Assembly (NCBI GenBank): GCA_964016885.1
Contig: OZ024741.1
Coordinates: 239,258,001-239,322,000, forward strand
Origin: Eledone cirrhosa
Lineage: Eukaryota
Direction: 5' to 3'
Length of the DNA: 64,000 nt
Both the position numbers and the translations under genes were made by a program. The notes under the pieces are model-generated. The model searched no databases and had not been told where the DNA came from. It saw nothing but the letters and a program-made list of their open reading frames with translations. Of this stretch, positions 13,631 through 25,822 are shown piece by piece. Position 1 is the first letter of the stretch, and every line of letters starts with the position of its first letter.

Positions 13631-14052
13631 CATAAAAATAATTTTGAAAGAGAGAGTATATATTAGTAAAACTAAAGCTGATTTGTGTATAATAAATTGC
13701 TAACTAAGGAATTAATAGAGTGTATAAGACAATAGGTGCTATATATATGTCTGACCTAAATCTGTTATGGAATAATAAATAATAGACTGAAATATAAACA
13801 AACTCCACAAAGTCTTCATACTTTAAACATTCATATTTTCTTTTATTTTCATAAACCAAATATCGCAGTCTTTTTATAAATGAAAGTTTCCAAAAATTGT
13901 CATTAACATTTGCTGATTTAATCTTTTCAAACAATGTCCATAAATATTTTCCTTATTTCGTTTTACATTAAAACTTTTTTTAATATATGAAGGAAACACT
14001 TAACATAGAAATACTCATTATAATTCTCACATAAGTGACATATAATATTACT

Positions 14053-14119
14053 GAACACACACACACATACATATATGTGTGTGTGTGTGTGTGTGTATAT
14101 ATACAAATATATACAAATA

Positions 14120-14169
<50 letters not shown>

Positions 14170-14212
14170 CATATATATATATACATATATATATATATAC
14201 ATATATATATAC

Positions 14213-14259
<47 letters not shown>

Positions 14260-14524
14260 CATATATATACATATATATATATATACATATATACATATAC
14301 ATATATATATACATATATATATACATATATATATATACATATATATATATACATATATATATATACATATATATATATACATATACATATATACATATAT
14401 ATATACATATATATATATACATATATATACATATATATATATATACATATATATACATATATATACATATATATACATATATATATATACATATATACAC
14501 ATATATATATATATACATATATAC

Positions 14525-14575
<51 letters not shown>

Positions 14576-14594
14576 CATATATATATACATATAC

Positions 14595-14659
<65 letters not shown>

Positions 14660-14660
14660 C

Positions 14661-14717
<57 letters not shown>

Positions 14718-14718
14718 C

Positions 14719-14769
<51 letters not shown>

Positions 14770-15121
14770 AATATATATATATACAAATATATATATACAT
14801 ATACAAATATATATATACATATACAAATATATATATACATATACAAATATATATATACATATACAAATATATATACATATTATTATTACTATTATAATAA
14901 TAATAATAATTAAGCTCTGTTGCATACATAGAGCACTCTTTTTTCCTGGACTTTTCCGATGGAATTACTTCATTTATATATATACATATACAAATATATA
15001 TATATATACAAATATATATATATATACAAATATATATATATATACATATACAAATATATATATATATACATATACAAATATATATATATATACATATACA
15101 AATATATATATATATACATAT

Positions 15122-15198
<77 letters not shown>

Positions 15199-15285
15199 AA
15201 TATATATATATATATATACAAATATATATATATATATATGCAAATATATATATATATATATACAAATATATATATATATATATAT

Positions 15286-15320
<35 letters not shown>
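14053..15320. repeat. long (TA)n/TACA/TACAAA compound microsatellite
   Basis: about 1.25 kb of almost pure TA with periodic C, interrupted at ~14880-14975. Confidence 0.97.
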
Positions 15321-15325
<5 letters not shown>

Positions 15326-15391
15326 CAGAAAAACTGAAGCAACAAGTTAATAACATTTAGTATTGAATGTTTGTTAATAAGTTGTAGATTA

Positions 15392-15513
15392 TCAGATTAT
15401 GTTTGCATCAAGCATTGATAGTATCTGTCTTTGTGGGATGGGGTTTATGTATTTTCTTGATAATAAAGTTTCTCATAGTTGAATGGTATAGTGGTGTTGT
15501 GAACTGGAACCTC
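15392..15513 (-). pseudogene. degenerate protocadherin terminal exon
   Basis: acceptor TTTCAG; 122 nt to TGA, the same length as in B-F; phase-1 reading [39 protein letters not shown] aligns with ..YVKPPERQLPSTPDVIVS*; one internal stop. Confidence 0.65.
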
Positions 15514-16269
15514 CTGAAATGTAAACAACACTAAAATTCAAGAAAATGTTATATAATTTAAACTTCAATGTAAAGATATATATACAGTGCTTTTTCTATC
15601 TAAAATAATAGAGATGATAATATTCTCTATATGGTATTTCACAGTCTAGTGGAGTTTTCATTTGAGACTTAGTTATAGCTGTAGTAGGCAAAAGCCTTGA
15701 AGTATTTGTTAGGTCTCAGTGCTCTCAGTACAAATCTTGGCTAATTCATCTTTGCCTTTATCCTTCCAGGGGTTAATAAAATAAAGTACCAGTCCAGAGA
15801 GGTGGATTGGTGAAATTATTGGGCATTGGACAAGATGCCTGTGTTTATTCTGCCTCTGTGTTTTCTAAGATCAAAATCATGCAGTGGTCTACATAGGTGG
15901 TGGACTTAGTCTGTTGACTGATTTAATGCAAGTAGCAGAGTCCACTCTCTTGCAAACATTTGGGATAGGTCTCTGGTTTGAGGATGCTTTCCTCCAACCA
16001 GTCTGAAAACAGCAAAAAAAAAAAAAAGAGGTGTTAGTGGAGTAGATGGAAGTTTGCCAATACTGGCTTAGTTTTTTATACCTCTTATGTCAGTACTACC
16101 TGAGGCTTAATAAAGCTCAGCTGGTTTGTGCTGAGAATACCTGGAATAGGCTTATGAAACCCCACTGCTTGACTTCTAAATGCTGAGTTAATTTTTGGTC
16201 TGTGTTGAGAAAGAAGGAAGGATAGAACATGAGGCTAGCAACCTTACCTCCATTATTAAAAGGGTAGTG

Positions 16270-16970
16270 GGGTGTCAGGGAGGGGCATGTACCTCTGTAG
16301 GGAGGGCTAGCCATGCCATTTTCAGGACCGCTCGTCCTGCATTGGGTCCCACCTGATACTCAGCTCTCACCTGTAGAGAGAAGCTGTAGCATGCGACAGC
16401 GGCCACACCCCAGTAAACCGCCTTGGCTGGCAGGCCGAACCAGGTTGAGGGTAGCCGGACGGGTCTGAAACCCCCCGGTGAGTTAGATAGGGGATTCCTG
16501 CCCCTGCATGCGAAGACTGGACCCGGCGGAGTGAGTCGGGGAGGACAACATCGTCCCAACGGTCATGAAGGCGGCGACAGCAAGCGGTATGGAACACTAG
16601 GGCAAGGCAAGGCACTAGAGACGTCGTGGCCATCCACTGCAGCCAAGGAAGTACCTGGTCGTGACGGTCCTCCGCACCACCGGATTCTGGCTTCTGCGGC
16701 CGAGTGATTGGGTCCTTCAATATGCACTGGCCCTCCCATTATAAACCTTTCCCCGCACAGGTTTCTTCTTTAGCGTGCACTCCCACAGCACTGATGGAGG
16801 TAACAGGTGGAGGTAACCTCTGGGAGTTGCCAGTCTGACTCCGGTCTCTTCCCCTGCCCCCACTGTCACCAGACCTGCAAGTCAAGGATCGGCCTCCACA
16901 GCCACCTTCGTGCCCACGGCAGACGGGAACAACAATAAAGAAGATGTCATCATCGTTTACGATGGACAAC
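16270..16970 (-). mobile_element. GC-rich retroelement fragment, possibly the 5' region of an RTE-type LINE
   Basis: abrupt GC- and CpG-rich island in AT-rich DNA, beginning GTCCATCGTAAACGATGATGAC on the minus strand; no intact ORF; family assignment from resemblance only. Confidence 0.4.
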
Positions 16971-17368
16971 CAAGAAGGATTGGTAGTATCGGTAGAGGGC
17001 TGGATGCCATGTATTGCAGCAGAGTTACAGCTCTTTACAGTCTGAATTCAAATCCCACCGAGATTAACTTTGCCTTTCATCCTTACAGGGGTCGATAAAA
17101 TAAAGTACCAGTAATGTACTAGGATAATTGCTGGCCTTGTGCCAAAAGTAGAAACTATTATTAAAAGATTTCTACAAAAACCACAAACAAATTCAATCTA
17201 TTTGTTGCCCAATATTCCAAAGGAACCAAAGGAGGTGAAAGTTATGTTATATATAAATGTTGATCATAATAATAAAAAAAATAATGAATTACTTTGTGCT
17301 ACGGGCCTGTATCAGCATAACTGACCAATGGTACAAACAACAAAGTAAAATTAAATGTAGATACTTAC

Positions 17369-17705
17369 AGTGACTGTGTGTAAAATCCTGTTATAAACTG
17401 TGAGTTGGTCCCAATGTTCTGTTAATGGTTGTCTGTGTCACTGCTGCTATGGTGTGACAATGGCTTCATGTTGATGGAATAGTGTTGGTAGTGAGTCAGT
17501 GGGAACCAGCAGTTCCTCTCAGTCTTCTGTGTATGTGTGATGTTTACTGAGTGTGAGTGTATACATGTGTGTGTGATACTTACTCCAGCCTCAATCGGAC
17601 TAGATGATGTGTTTCCCCACACAGAGAGAAGACAATATCAGCTCCACTAACAGTTAGCCATAATATGTCTATATAATACCAACATGTTTGATGTAGAGAG
17701 ACTGA
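17369..17705 (-). promoter_or_regulatory. orphan protocadherin promoter and leader exon directly downstream of gene A
   Basis: TTATATAG at 17669-17676, Inr-like TTAGT about 27 nt downstream, GTAAGT donor at 17368; near-identical to the leaders of A-E. Confidence 0.75.
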
Positions 17706-18062
17706 CACACAAATAGTCAATTTTGAAAGGAGATTTTATATTAATAAAATATTACTGATGTTGATTATATTAATATCATTAATCAGTTAAGATGTGTTTG
17801 GTTGGGTTTTGTTATAGAAGCTAAAAAGAAACAAATTCTTTACATGCTATCAATTCTACTTTTTGAAGCCAAGATTTTGGCATTGAAGACAGTTTTATAA
17901 GAATTTACATTTGTTGTAAAACAATTTCATCAGATTTATAATTTAGAAGGATTTTATCAAATTTCTTTGAAAAGTACATTGTTGATTCACATTTTCTCTT
18001 ACTGTTTTGTGAAAATTATTTGTTAGGGTAAGAAGAGATTGGTTTGTGGTGTTCTCTTAGAA

Positions 18063-18181
18063 TTAGCTGACTATTACATCTGGTGTTGAAGGTAACTGTC
18101 TCTCTGGAGGTTTCACATATCTGTCTTGGTAATGGTCTCTCTCATTGTTGCTTGAAACATCAGGTGTGACCCTATATAATC
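18063..18181 (-). CDS. protocadherin A terminal coding exon (GLYRVTPDVSSNNERDHYQDRYVKPPERQLPSTPDVIVS*)
   Basis: acceptor ATTTTAG, open in phase 1 to TAA, homologous to the terminal exons of B-F. Confidence 0.8.
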
Positions 18182-19149
18182 CTAAAATATGTAGAAATAC
18201 AAAGAAACTGCAATAAACATACAAGCATTAGGTATTTTCCATACATACAATACAATATACAATACCTTTTAAAAAATGGGATCGTAAAATAATATCATTG
18301 ATTAAATCGACCCAATACTTGACTGATACTGATATTATCGACCCAAGATGATCAGTAGTCTAATTGTTTGATCAATCGAACAGCTTATTCATGAAATTAA
18401 CATGTAAGTGGCTGAGCATTCCACAGACACGTGTACCCATAACGTAATTCTCGGGGAGATTCAACTTGACACACTGTGATAGCTGGCCCTGAATTACAGA
18501 TACAGTTCATTCAATGTGCTTCTAAATAGTTGCCATCTTCCTACTCTCACTGACAAGGCATGGGTCAACCCAGGGATATGGTAAATGACACTTACCATGC
18601 AGTGGGATCACACCCAGGGCTTAATAGTTGCTGCTGCTTCTGCTACTATTATGCCTACAATATGCAGACACTTCAGTTCAAAAAATGAAAGTAAATTATA
18701 TGAGCTCCATACTAAAGTAGATTAAAGTAAACCATCCAAAATGTAAACAACACTTTTTAGTTATTTCTGATCCAGCAGACTAAAGACATTACACTATTGT
18801 CCATCCAGTATTTTATTGAGATATCGTGTATCTAAGACTACATTATCCAATGTGTCCTTCTTTCTTTAAATGGTATAAAATGATTTAAAGGAGATTTGGC
18901 TACTATTTCTAACTGGTCAAGCGACTAGATAGAGGCTACCTTATTGGCTCATGGTAGTAGTAGTTGATATAGTCTATAGCAATGTTTCACTGTCATAACT
19001 GTAAATGTCAACAATGATGATGATGAATTAGTTACAAGAAAGAAGCCAGAAGTCTTCTGTAATCAAGAGACAAACTGCTTTGATTAGGAAAATTGTCAGG
19101 AACCCAAGATGCACTACATTTGTATGTAACATATACAAATAATTCAACA

Positions 19150-19370
19150 GATGCCTGGCTTGGTTTTCTACAGCTAACGCCAACTACCTTACAGGATGAA
19201 CAGGGTGGTTTCTGTTGTGACACCAGTACAACTACCTTTGTTGGTGGATTGAGAGCTTTTTGTCATGGCACCAGTATGACCTCCTTACCAAGTGGACTGG
19301 GTACTTTTTGTTATGGCACCAGTATGACCACTTCACTAGATGGACTAGGTGCTTTTTTTATCATGACATA
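19150..19370 (-). repeat. degenerate copies of the ~48-bp-family tandem unit
   Basis: GGTGGACTGGGTGCTTTT-like motif repeated about five times. Confidence 0.55.
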
Positions 19371-20144
19371 AATATAATCTATGCATTTGTACACATTCTT
19401 ATTTTAAAAACCTGTAACTCCTAGTGGAGCCATAGGAGCAATTTAGTGATATATGGTGTTTCTTGGACATTTTAAACTTGGTTGAGCCCATCCCTCTCCA
19501 GGATTGAGAACAGTTGATTTCTTCCAGAGAAGAAGAGAGAGTGAAAGAGATGTAGTAAGAAAGAGAAAAAGAGGAATTGATCTCAGTACTGGACTAATAT
19601 TCTATTGACCTCAAAAGGATGAAAGATAAAGTTAATCTTGGAAGGATTAGAACATGGAAAGCTGGAATGAATACCACAAAGCACTATCTGATGTCTAAAC
19701 AGCTTTGCTAATTTGTTGCCTATACACATATATATGGTCAAATATGTAAATATATGTACATGGGCATACATCTGTTAGCGTGTTAGAAATAGATAGAAGG
19801 AAGAAAGGGAAATCAATGCTACTAAATCCTACTTTAATTTTTATGTGTAAAAATTTATGATGGAATAAAGAGCACGATGACTATTAATGACAGAAAATTG
19901 GGGGAAGGAGCAAGTTGTAGGAACAATTTGAAGTTAATGAACCAAAAATGTTGAAATGGTAGATAATGATACATATATTGCTGTTGGTAATGATTATGAT
20001 ATTGAAAATAAGTGATAATACATACATTACTATTAACACATTGACAGTGTGTGCTGGGTGCTTTTTGCCGTGTCTTTTACATGTCCACTTTACAGTGTGA
20101 GTGCTTTTGATATGGGAAGGAATAACTACCGCCAGTAGTCATCA

Positions 20145-20550
20145 TTATCATACTCTATACATTATGTCCCTCGTATGTATCGCCTCTATCATCATCATCA
20201 CAATCATTATGACACACATAAACCTCATCCCGACTACCACCACCAGAAGCACCAACATTATTATTCAAAGCTACAACCACGACCAACACTTAACATCCAA
20301 AGCTACCAACAACACCATCAATATTATAATCCAAAGCTGCCACCACCATCACTACCATTATTATTACCATCCATAGCTACCACCACCTCCACTACCATCA
20401 TTGTCATCCAAAGCTACCACCACCACCATTAATATCATCCAAAGCTACAACACAATCATCACCATTATCATCCAAAATTATCCACACCACTACCACTGCT
20501 ACCAACATGATAATCATCCCAAGCTATCACCACCAACAACAACCACGGCA
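20145..20550. repeat. (CAT/CAC)n-rich degenerate tandem repeat with ATCCAAAGCTACCAC units
   Basis: direct inspection. Confidence 0.8.
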
Positions 20551-20680
20551 AAATTATCAGCTCCAGAAAATATTTAAACTCAACAGAATGCACTGCTGGT
20601 GTGTGGTGTCATATATGAGGTCTCATCGGTCAGTCTCCACATTATAAACAACAGCACATCACAAGAATTAATCACCCTAC

Positions 20681-20834
20681 CTGACATTGCTGGTATTTCT
20701 TCATACTGTCTACTTGACCTCTCACTCCAGCACTGTCCACTACTCTTACAACTGGTCAATGTATCAGTAGGAAAGTTAAAAGATGGTCTGTTGTCTCCAT
20801 AAGATGTCACCTCTATAGGTTGACTATATTTCTG
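20681..20834 (-). CDS. protocadherin A first cytoplasmic exon (QKYSQP...RQYEEIPAMS)
   Basis: TTTTACAG acceptor, GTAGG donor, 154 nt, phase 0 to 1, conserved in six copies. Confidence 0.85.
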
Positions 20835-21395
20835 CTGTAAAATAAAGTTAATATTAAAAACTTTATACAATATTTATGTTATTTATAGCTGACAGTTATA
20901 TCTGGTATAAAACAATAACAAAAACTTTTCGTGGAATAACTATTGAGTGACATAGGTTATATTTTACAATGTCAATCAGACAGATTAATGAAAAGGAGGC
21001 CTCATTTTCATTGTAGCTGGCCATGGGTTTGCACCTACAAAGGTACTCTCTGAGGTACAAGCCTAGACAAGTTATTTTTGTGGAAGACCAGCAGTCACCC
21101 ATCCATGCTAGTCTCCCCTCTCCGTACAAGCAAAGTTGTCCAAGGGAAAGGTCAAGACCAATACAGTCGAGCACCAGTGATGTTGCAATTCATTTTTACC
21201 AATTGAGTGTACTGGGGCAATGTGAAATAAGATGTCTTGCTTAAGGGTACAATATGCCTGATCCAGGAATCAAACGCACTACCTCATGATTGAGAATCCA
21301 ACACTAACCAATAAGCCACACACTATCATAAAGAAACACATTTATAGTAAAATCACATATTCAAGGTTGCTTACAAAATAATAAATAGAACTTAC

Positions 21396-23744
21396 CTTCA
21401 TAGATTTTTGAAGAGATCTGTTCATTGTTGATGTCTTCCAGTCTTCAGGATAGTAATGGCTTCTAGACTGACTATATCTGTCTGATATCTCTCCTCGATT
21501 ACCTGACATCACAGATACACTGTTGTTACCTTGATAGATCAACTGTCTCATCTCATTACGACATTGGTATGCCTGTTTCTCTTCTGTTGTTCTAGCTGAG
21601 TTATTTCTAACATTGTTACATCTCACAATACACAATGTTATAGAAACCACAATAGCTATAGATACTATCACAGCTGCTACTACAATGATAATCAACAATG
21701 TTGCATCTATTGTGTTATCAGTTGATACAGGGACAGCTGTGAACATTGGTGATGTCTTGTTACTAACAGTCAGTGTTAAAGAGACACTAGTTGTTGCTGA
21801 CAGAACTGGAGTACCACTGTCTTTCACAACAAACTCCAGTTGATATGATCCAGCATCATTTTGGTAAACTGTGCGAGAGTAAGATAAGACACCAGTGAAT
21901 GAGTCCAGTTTAAATAATTGTTTTTCATTACCTGAAAGGATTTCATACCTGAGAAAAGCATTCATGTGACTGTCTATATCAGAGGCTTTCAGAAGTGTGA
22001 TGTCATTCTTACTTTGTGGATGATAGTGGACATCAAGAGTGAAAGGGTCAACACTAGGAAATGTAAAATATGGAGCATTATCATTTTTATCTAATACTTC
22101 CACTTCAACATTCACTGTGTTATTTAGAGATGGTGTTCCATTGTCTTTGACTAAAACCTCAAAGTCATAGAAATCTCTGTGTTCTCTGTCTAAAGACTGG
22201 TTTGTTGAAATAAAGCCAGAGTTGATAATCTGGAATGGTAGACGATATTTGTGTTTATTTCTCAGATAATAACTTAATTCACCTCCCTTACCAACATCTG
22301 GGTCTGTAGCATTGATAAAACCAATAGGGAAATTAGCTTTGTCATTCTCATAGGTAAGGAACTTGAATGTATCTTTGGTAAAGTGTGGTTTTACATCATT
22401 CACATCTAACACTTGTATTGAGAGATCTTTATCAGTTTTGAGAGGAGGTAATCCTTTATCTTGACAGGAGACAGTGAAGTGATAATGTTCCTGTGTCTCT
22501 CTGTCTACTGCTTTCTTTAGAACTATTTTATATTCTTTAGATCCCATTGACTGTAGTTTGAAGGTATCGTGTTTGATATTACAGCTGACCTCTCCATTGT
22601 GTCCAACATCATTGTCAGTGACCATCACATAAGCAATGAAACTACCAACTTTGATATCTTCCAGAATGGTAGCTGTGTTGTGATTTGGTGTAGAAATAAA
22701 GTTGACATCAATATTTGGAGGATTGTTCTGTTGGTTGATAACATTTACCATAACAGTTGCTATGGCACTGAGTGGTGGACTGCCTCCATCTCTGGCTTCA
22801 ACATATAATTTAAATGATTTCTTTTTTTCCAAATCAGAATGTTTAGTCAAGAAAAGCTCCCCAGAATCTTTATCTATTATGAAATTACGTTTTGCTTCAG
22901 TTGATGTTGAGAGACTGAAATGATAAAAGATTTTACCATTTTCTCCAATATCAGAGTCTTTTGCCAACATGACAATAATTGGTATATTTCTTTTGTGGTT
23001 ATTTTGTATGGAGACATTGTATGTCTTCTCAGAAAATATTGGTCTATTATCATTCTCATCTTTGACAGTAATGTGTACAGTTAAGACACCTTGTTTGGGT
23101 GGATTTCCTCCATCTTTAGCTATCACTTCTATGTCATAACTGTCTTTTATCTCTCTATCTAACTTCTCATCTAATATAATTTCAAGGGAGGATACACCAT
23201 CAGCTCTTTGAAATGTAGACAAAGAAAATTGTTGGTTACTACCTTTTAATTCATAATTTACTAGTCTGTTCTGTAAACCAACATCATCATCAATTGCATT
23301 GGGTATTGATCGTTTTGTCCCCTTGCCCTCAGTTTCATAAAAATCTAAATTAATTTCTTCAACAGGAAACTCAGGTGTATGGTCATTGATGTCTTCTATC
23401 ATTACCTTAATCTTTAATATCTTTATAAATTTCTTTGCTCTATGAACTGCTACCTTAATTGTGCGAAAACATTCTTTCTCAAAACTACACAGAGACTCAG
23501 CATCCAGTGTTTGTGTAGTATATATCTTTCCATTACTGGTCACATTAAATAGCTGTGTCCCCTTCTGTTGTAACTGACTAAATGATAATAATGCAATGTC
23601 CTGTAACTGTGAATCAGCAGTGATGTCTCCTATATTGATAATACGACTGTTTTCTTCTTCCACATGGTAAACAATGTCTTCTTTAGAGAGTGAATAGTGA
23701 AGTAGAGACAGTAATATCCATATCTTTATTAAGACCATCTTCAT
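21396..23744 (-). CDS. Pcdh: protocadherin A large exon (signal peptide, EC1-6, TM, juxtamembrane); spliced protein ~873 aa
   Basis: DxNDN/LDRE/DxD cadherin motifs, C-X5-C in EC1, hydrophobic TM; AAG|GTAAGT donor at 21395; acceptor 28 nt upstream of ATG (exon starts 23772). Confidence 0.95.
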
Positions 23745-24934
23745 TAGTAGGATTAGGTATCAGTTAATCAGCCTGTAAATAAAAAAGGAAAACTATGATT
23801 CAGGTGACAAGAAACAATTATATAGTGTTGGTAAAATATAGAAATATGAAGTCATACAAGACACAATATTTTTTTCTGTTGTTTGGCATGAGGATATGAC
23901 TGCAGCTATCAATTTCATGTGATCTTTGAGATGAGACACATTATGTCATCAGGAAATCCTGAGAGTTAATGTTTTGAGAAGAAATGACAGACCATATCGG
24001 CTAGTGTGGGTTCTCAGAGGCAACAAACAGTAGAAGAACCGTCATATATATCGAACAGAATTACAGATATCTCATGTAGCCAGATTCTGAAGCGGTGGTA
24101 AACAACAGCATTCGAACTGTGAGGAGCAAATGCAGTAAGAGTCACCTCCAGATCTACATCATCGTGATATAATCTACTTCATTTACATTGGCATGTACAG
24201 TTACATTTTAACAAGTTATAGACCGGAGATTATTTATATACTGTGGTACCACCCGTAATACTGCTATTGCCTTTTTCTGCAGTTGATATTGTTCACGAAC
24301 CTCATATACATATTTTATCCCATGATGTTGATTCATCTGAGATCTTAAACAGTAGAATATTTAAATAATAGTCCTTGATATGATGACACTCACTTAAAAT
24401 ATGTATGATGAAAGAGGGCATCAAATATCACAATCCTTCTGTCTCCGTGACCCTTTTGTTGAAATTTATCCATCATTCACATTTATATTCAATACCACCA
24501 CCCTCTTTGATACCAACCATCAATTTTCACCTATGAAACTCTTATCCTTCAACCACCACCCTCACCACTACACTTTTCTGTAGTTCTCTCCTTAGCTGAC
24601 CATCATGTCAATGTCTCCCAATTTACATTCATATTCTCACCACCACAGATCTCTGTTGGTATCCAACAGTGGAAAGGAATCTTTTTCTATGCAGAGGACA
24701 TGACACAATCTCTAGTGCAACCAGTATATTCAGTTAAGGGATTAGTGTAAGGAAAGGCATCCAGCCATAGAAACCATGCAAAAAATTAGAACATACAAAC
24801 AAGATGTGAATAGAAACTAACTTGAGCCTTAGTGACCCATGCAACCTATACACACATGGAAAACCAATGTAAAAAGATAATGATGATGATGATTTGTTAA
24901 TTCATAAACAACTGAGAAATAGTTTATCTCAATC

Positions 24935-25822
24935 TGTAAAGTGGTGGTGTAGGGGTCACAACAAAAAGCACCCAGCACACACTGTAAAGTGGTCGTGAAG
25001 TGTCACAACAAAAAGCACCAAGCCCTCACTGTAAAGTGGTTGTGTAGGGGTCACGACAAAAAGCACCCAGCCCACATTGTAAAGTGGTCATGTAGGTGTC
25101 ATAACAAAAAGCACCCAGCCCTCACTGTAAAGTGGTTGTGTAGGTGTCACAACAAAAAGCACCAACTCACACTTTAAGGTGATTGTGTAGGTGTCACGAC
25201 AAAAAACACTCAGCCCACACTGTATAGTGGTCACGGAGGAGTCTACACAAAAAGCACCCAGCCCACACTGTAAACTGGTTGTGTAGGTGTCACAACAAAA
25301 AGCACTCAACTCACACTGTAAAGTGGCTATGTAGACGTCATGACAAAAAGCACTCTGTCCACACTGTAAACTGGTTGTGTAGGTGTCACAACAAAAAACA
25401 CTCAGCCTACACTGTATAGTGGTCACAGAGGAGTCTACACGAAAAGCACCCAGCCCACACTGTAAACTGGTTGTGTAGGTGTCACAACAAAAAGCACTCA
25501 AACCACACTGTAAAGTGGCTATGTAGACGTCATGACAAAAAGCACTCAGCCCACACTAAAAGGTGATCATATAGATGTCACAACAAAAGGCATTTACCCC
25601 ACACTGTAAAGTGATCGTGTAGGAGTCACGACAAAAAGCACCCAGCACACACTGTAAATGTGGATGGCGTTATGAAAGGCATCCAGCCATAGAAACCAAG
25701 CCAGAAACAGTCCTATATGAGCAAGACACGGTCACCTGACCTCACTTGCCTCTAATGGGACAACCCGTCTAACCCATGCTAGCGTGGAAAATGGACGTTA
25801 AATGATGATGATGATGATGATA
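24935..25822 (+). mobile_element. retroelement 3'-end family with an internal 48-bp minisatellite (~15 units) and (TGA)n tail
   Basis: unit TGTAAAGTGGTNGTGTAGGTGTCACAACAAAAAGCACCCAGCCCACAC; terminal CAACCCGTCTAACCCATGCTAGCGTGGAAAATGGACGTTAAATGATGATG. Confidence 0.85.

Noticed and set aside
13963-15356. Long Ile/Tyr-rich ORFs on both strands
   Set aside because: Artefacts of a stop-free (TA)n microsatellite
21342-21395. C-terminal 9-17 residues of the ORF-track proteins (single-exon gene model)
   Set aside because: They lie past a conserved GT(A/G)AGT donor and differ among paralogues; treated as intron, although retention isoforms cannot be excluded
21613-22923. Recurrent plus-strand ORFs inside each protocadherin exon (also near 29.7, 30.6, 38.7, 39.6, 47.5, 48.5, 54.9 and 55.9 kb)
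   Set aside because: Antisense shadows, conserved only because the sense exon is duplicated
24935-25660. CRISPR-like look of the regular repeat
   Set aside because: Whole 48-bp units are repeated with no unique spacers, no cas genes, eukaryotic context
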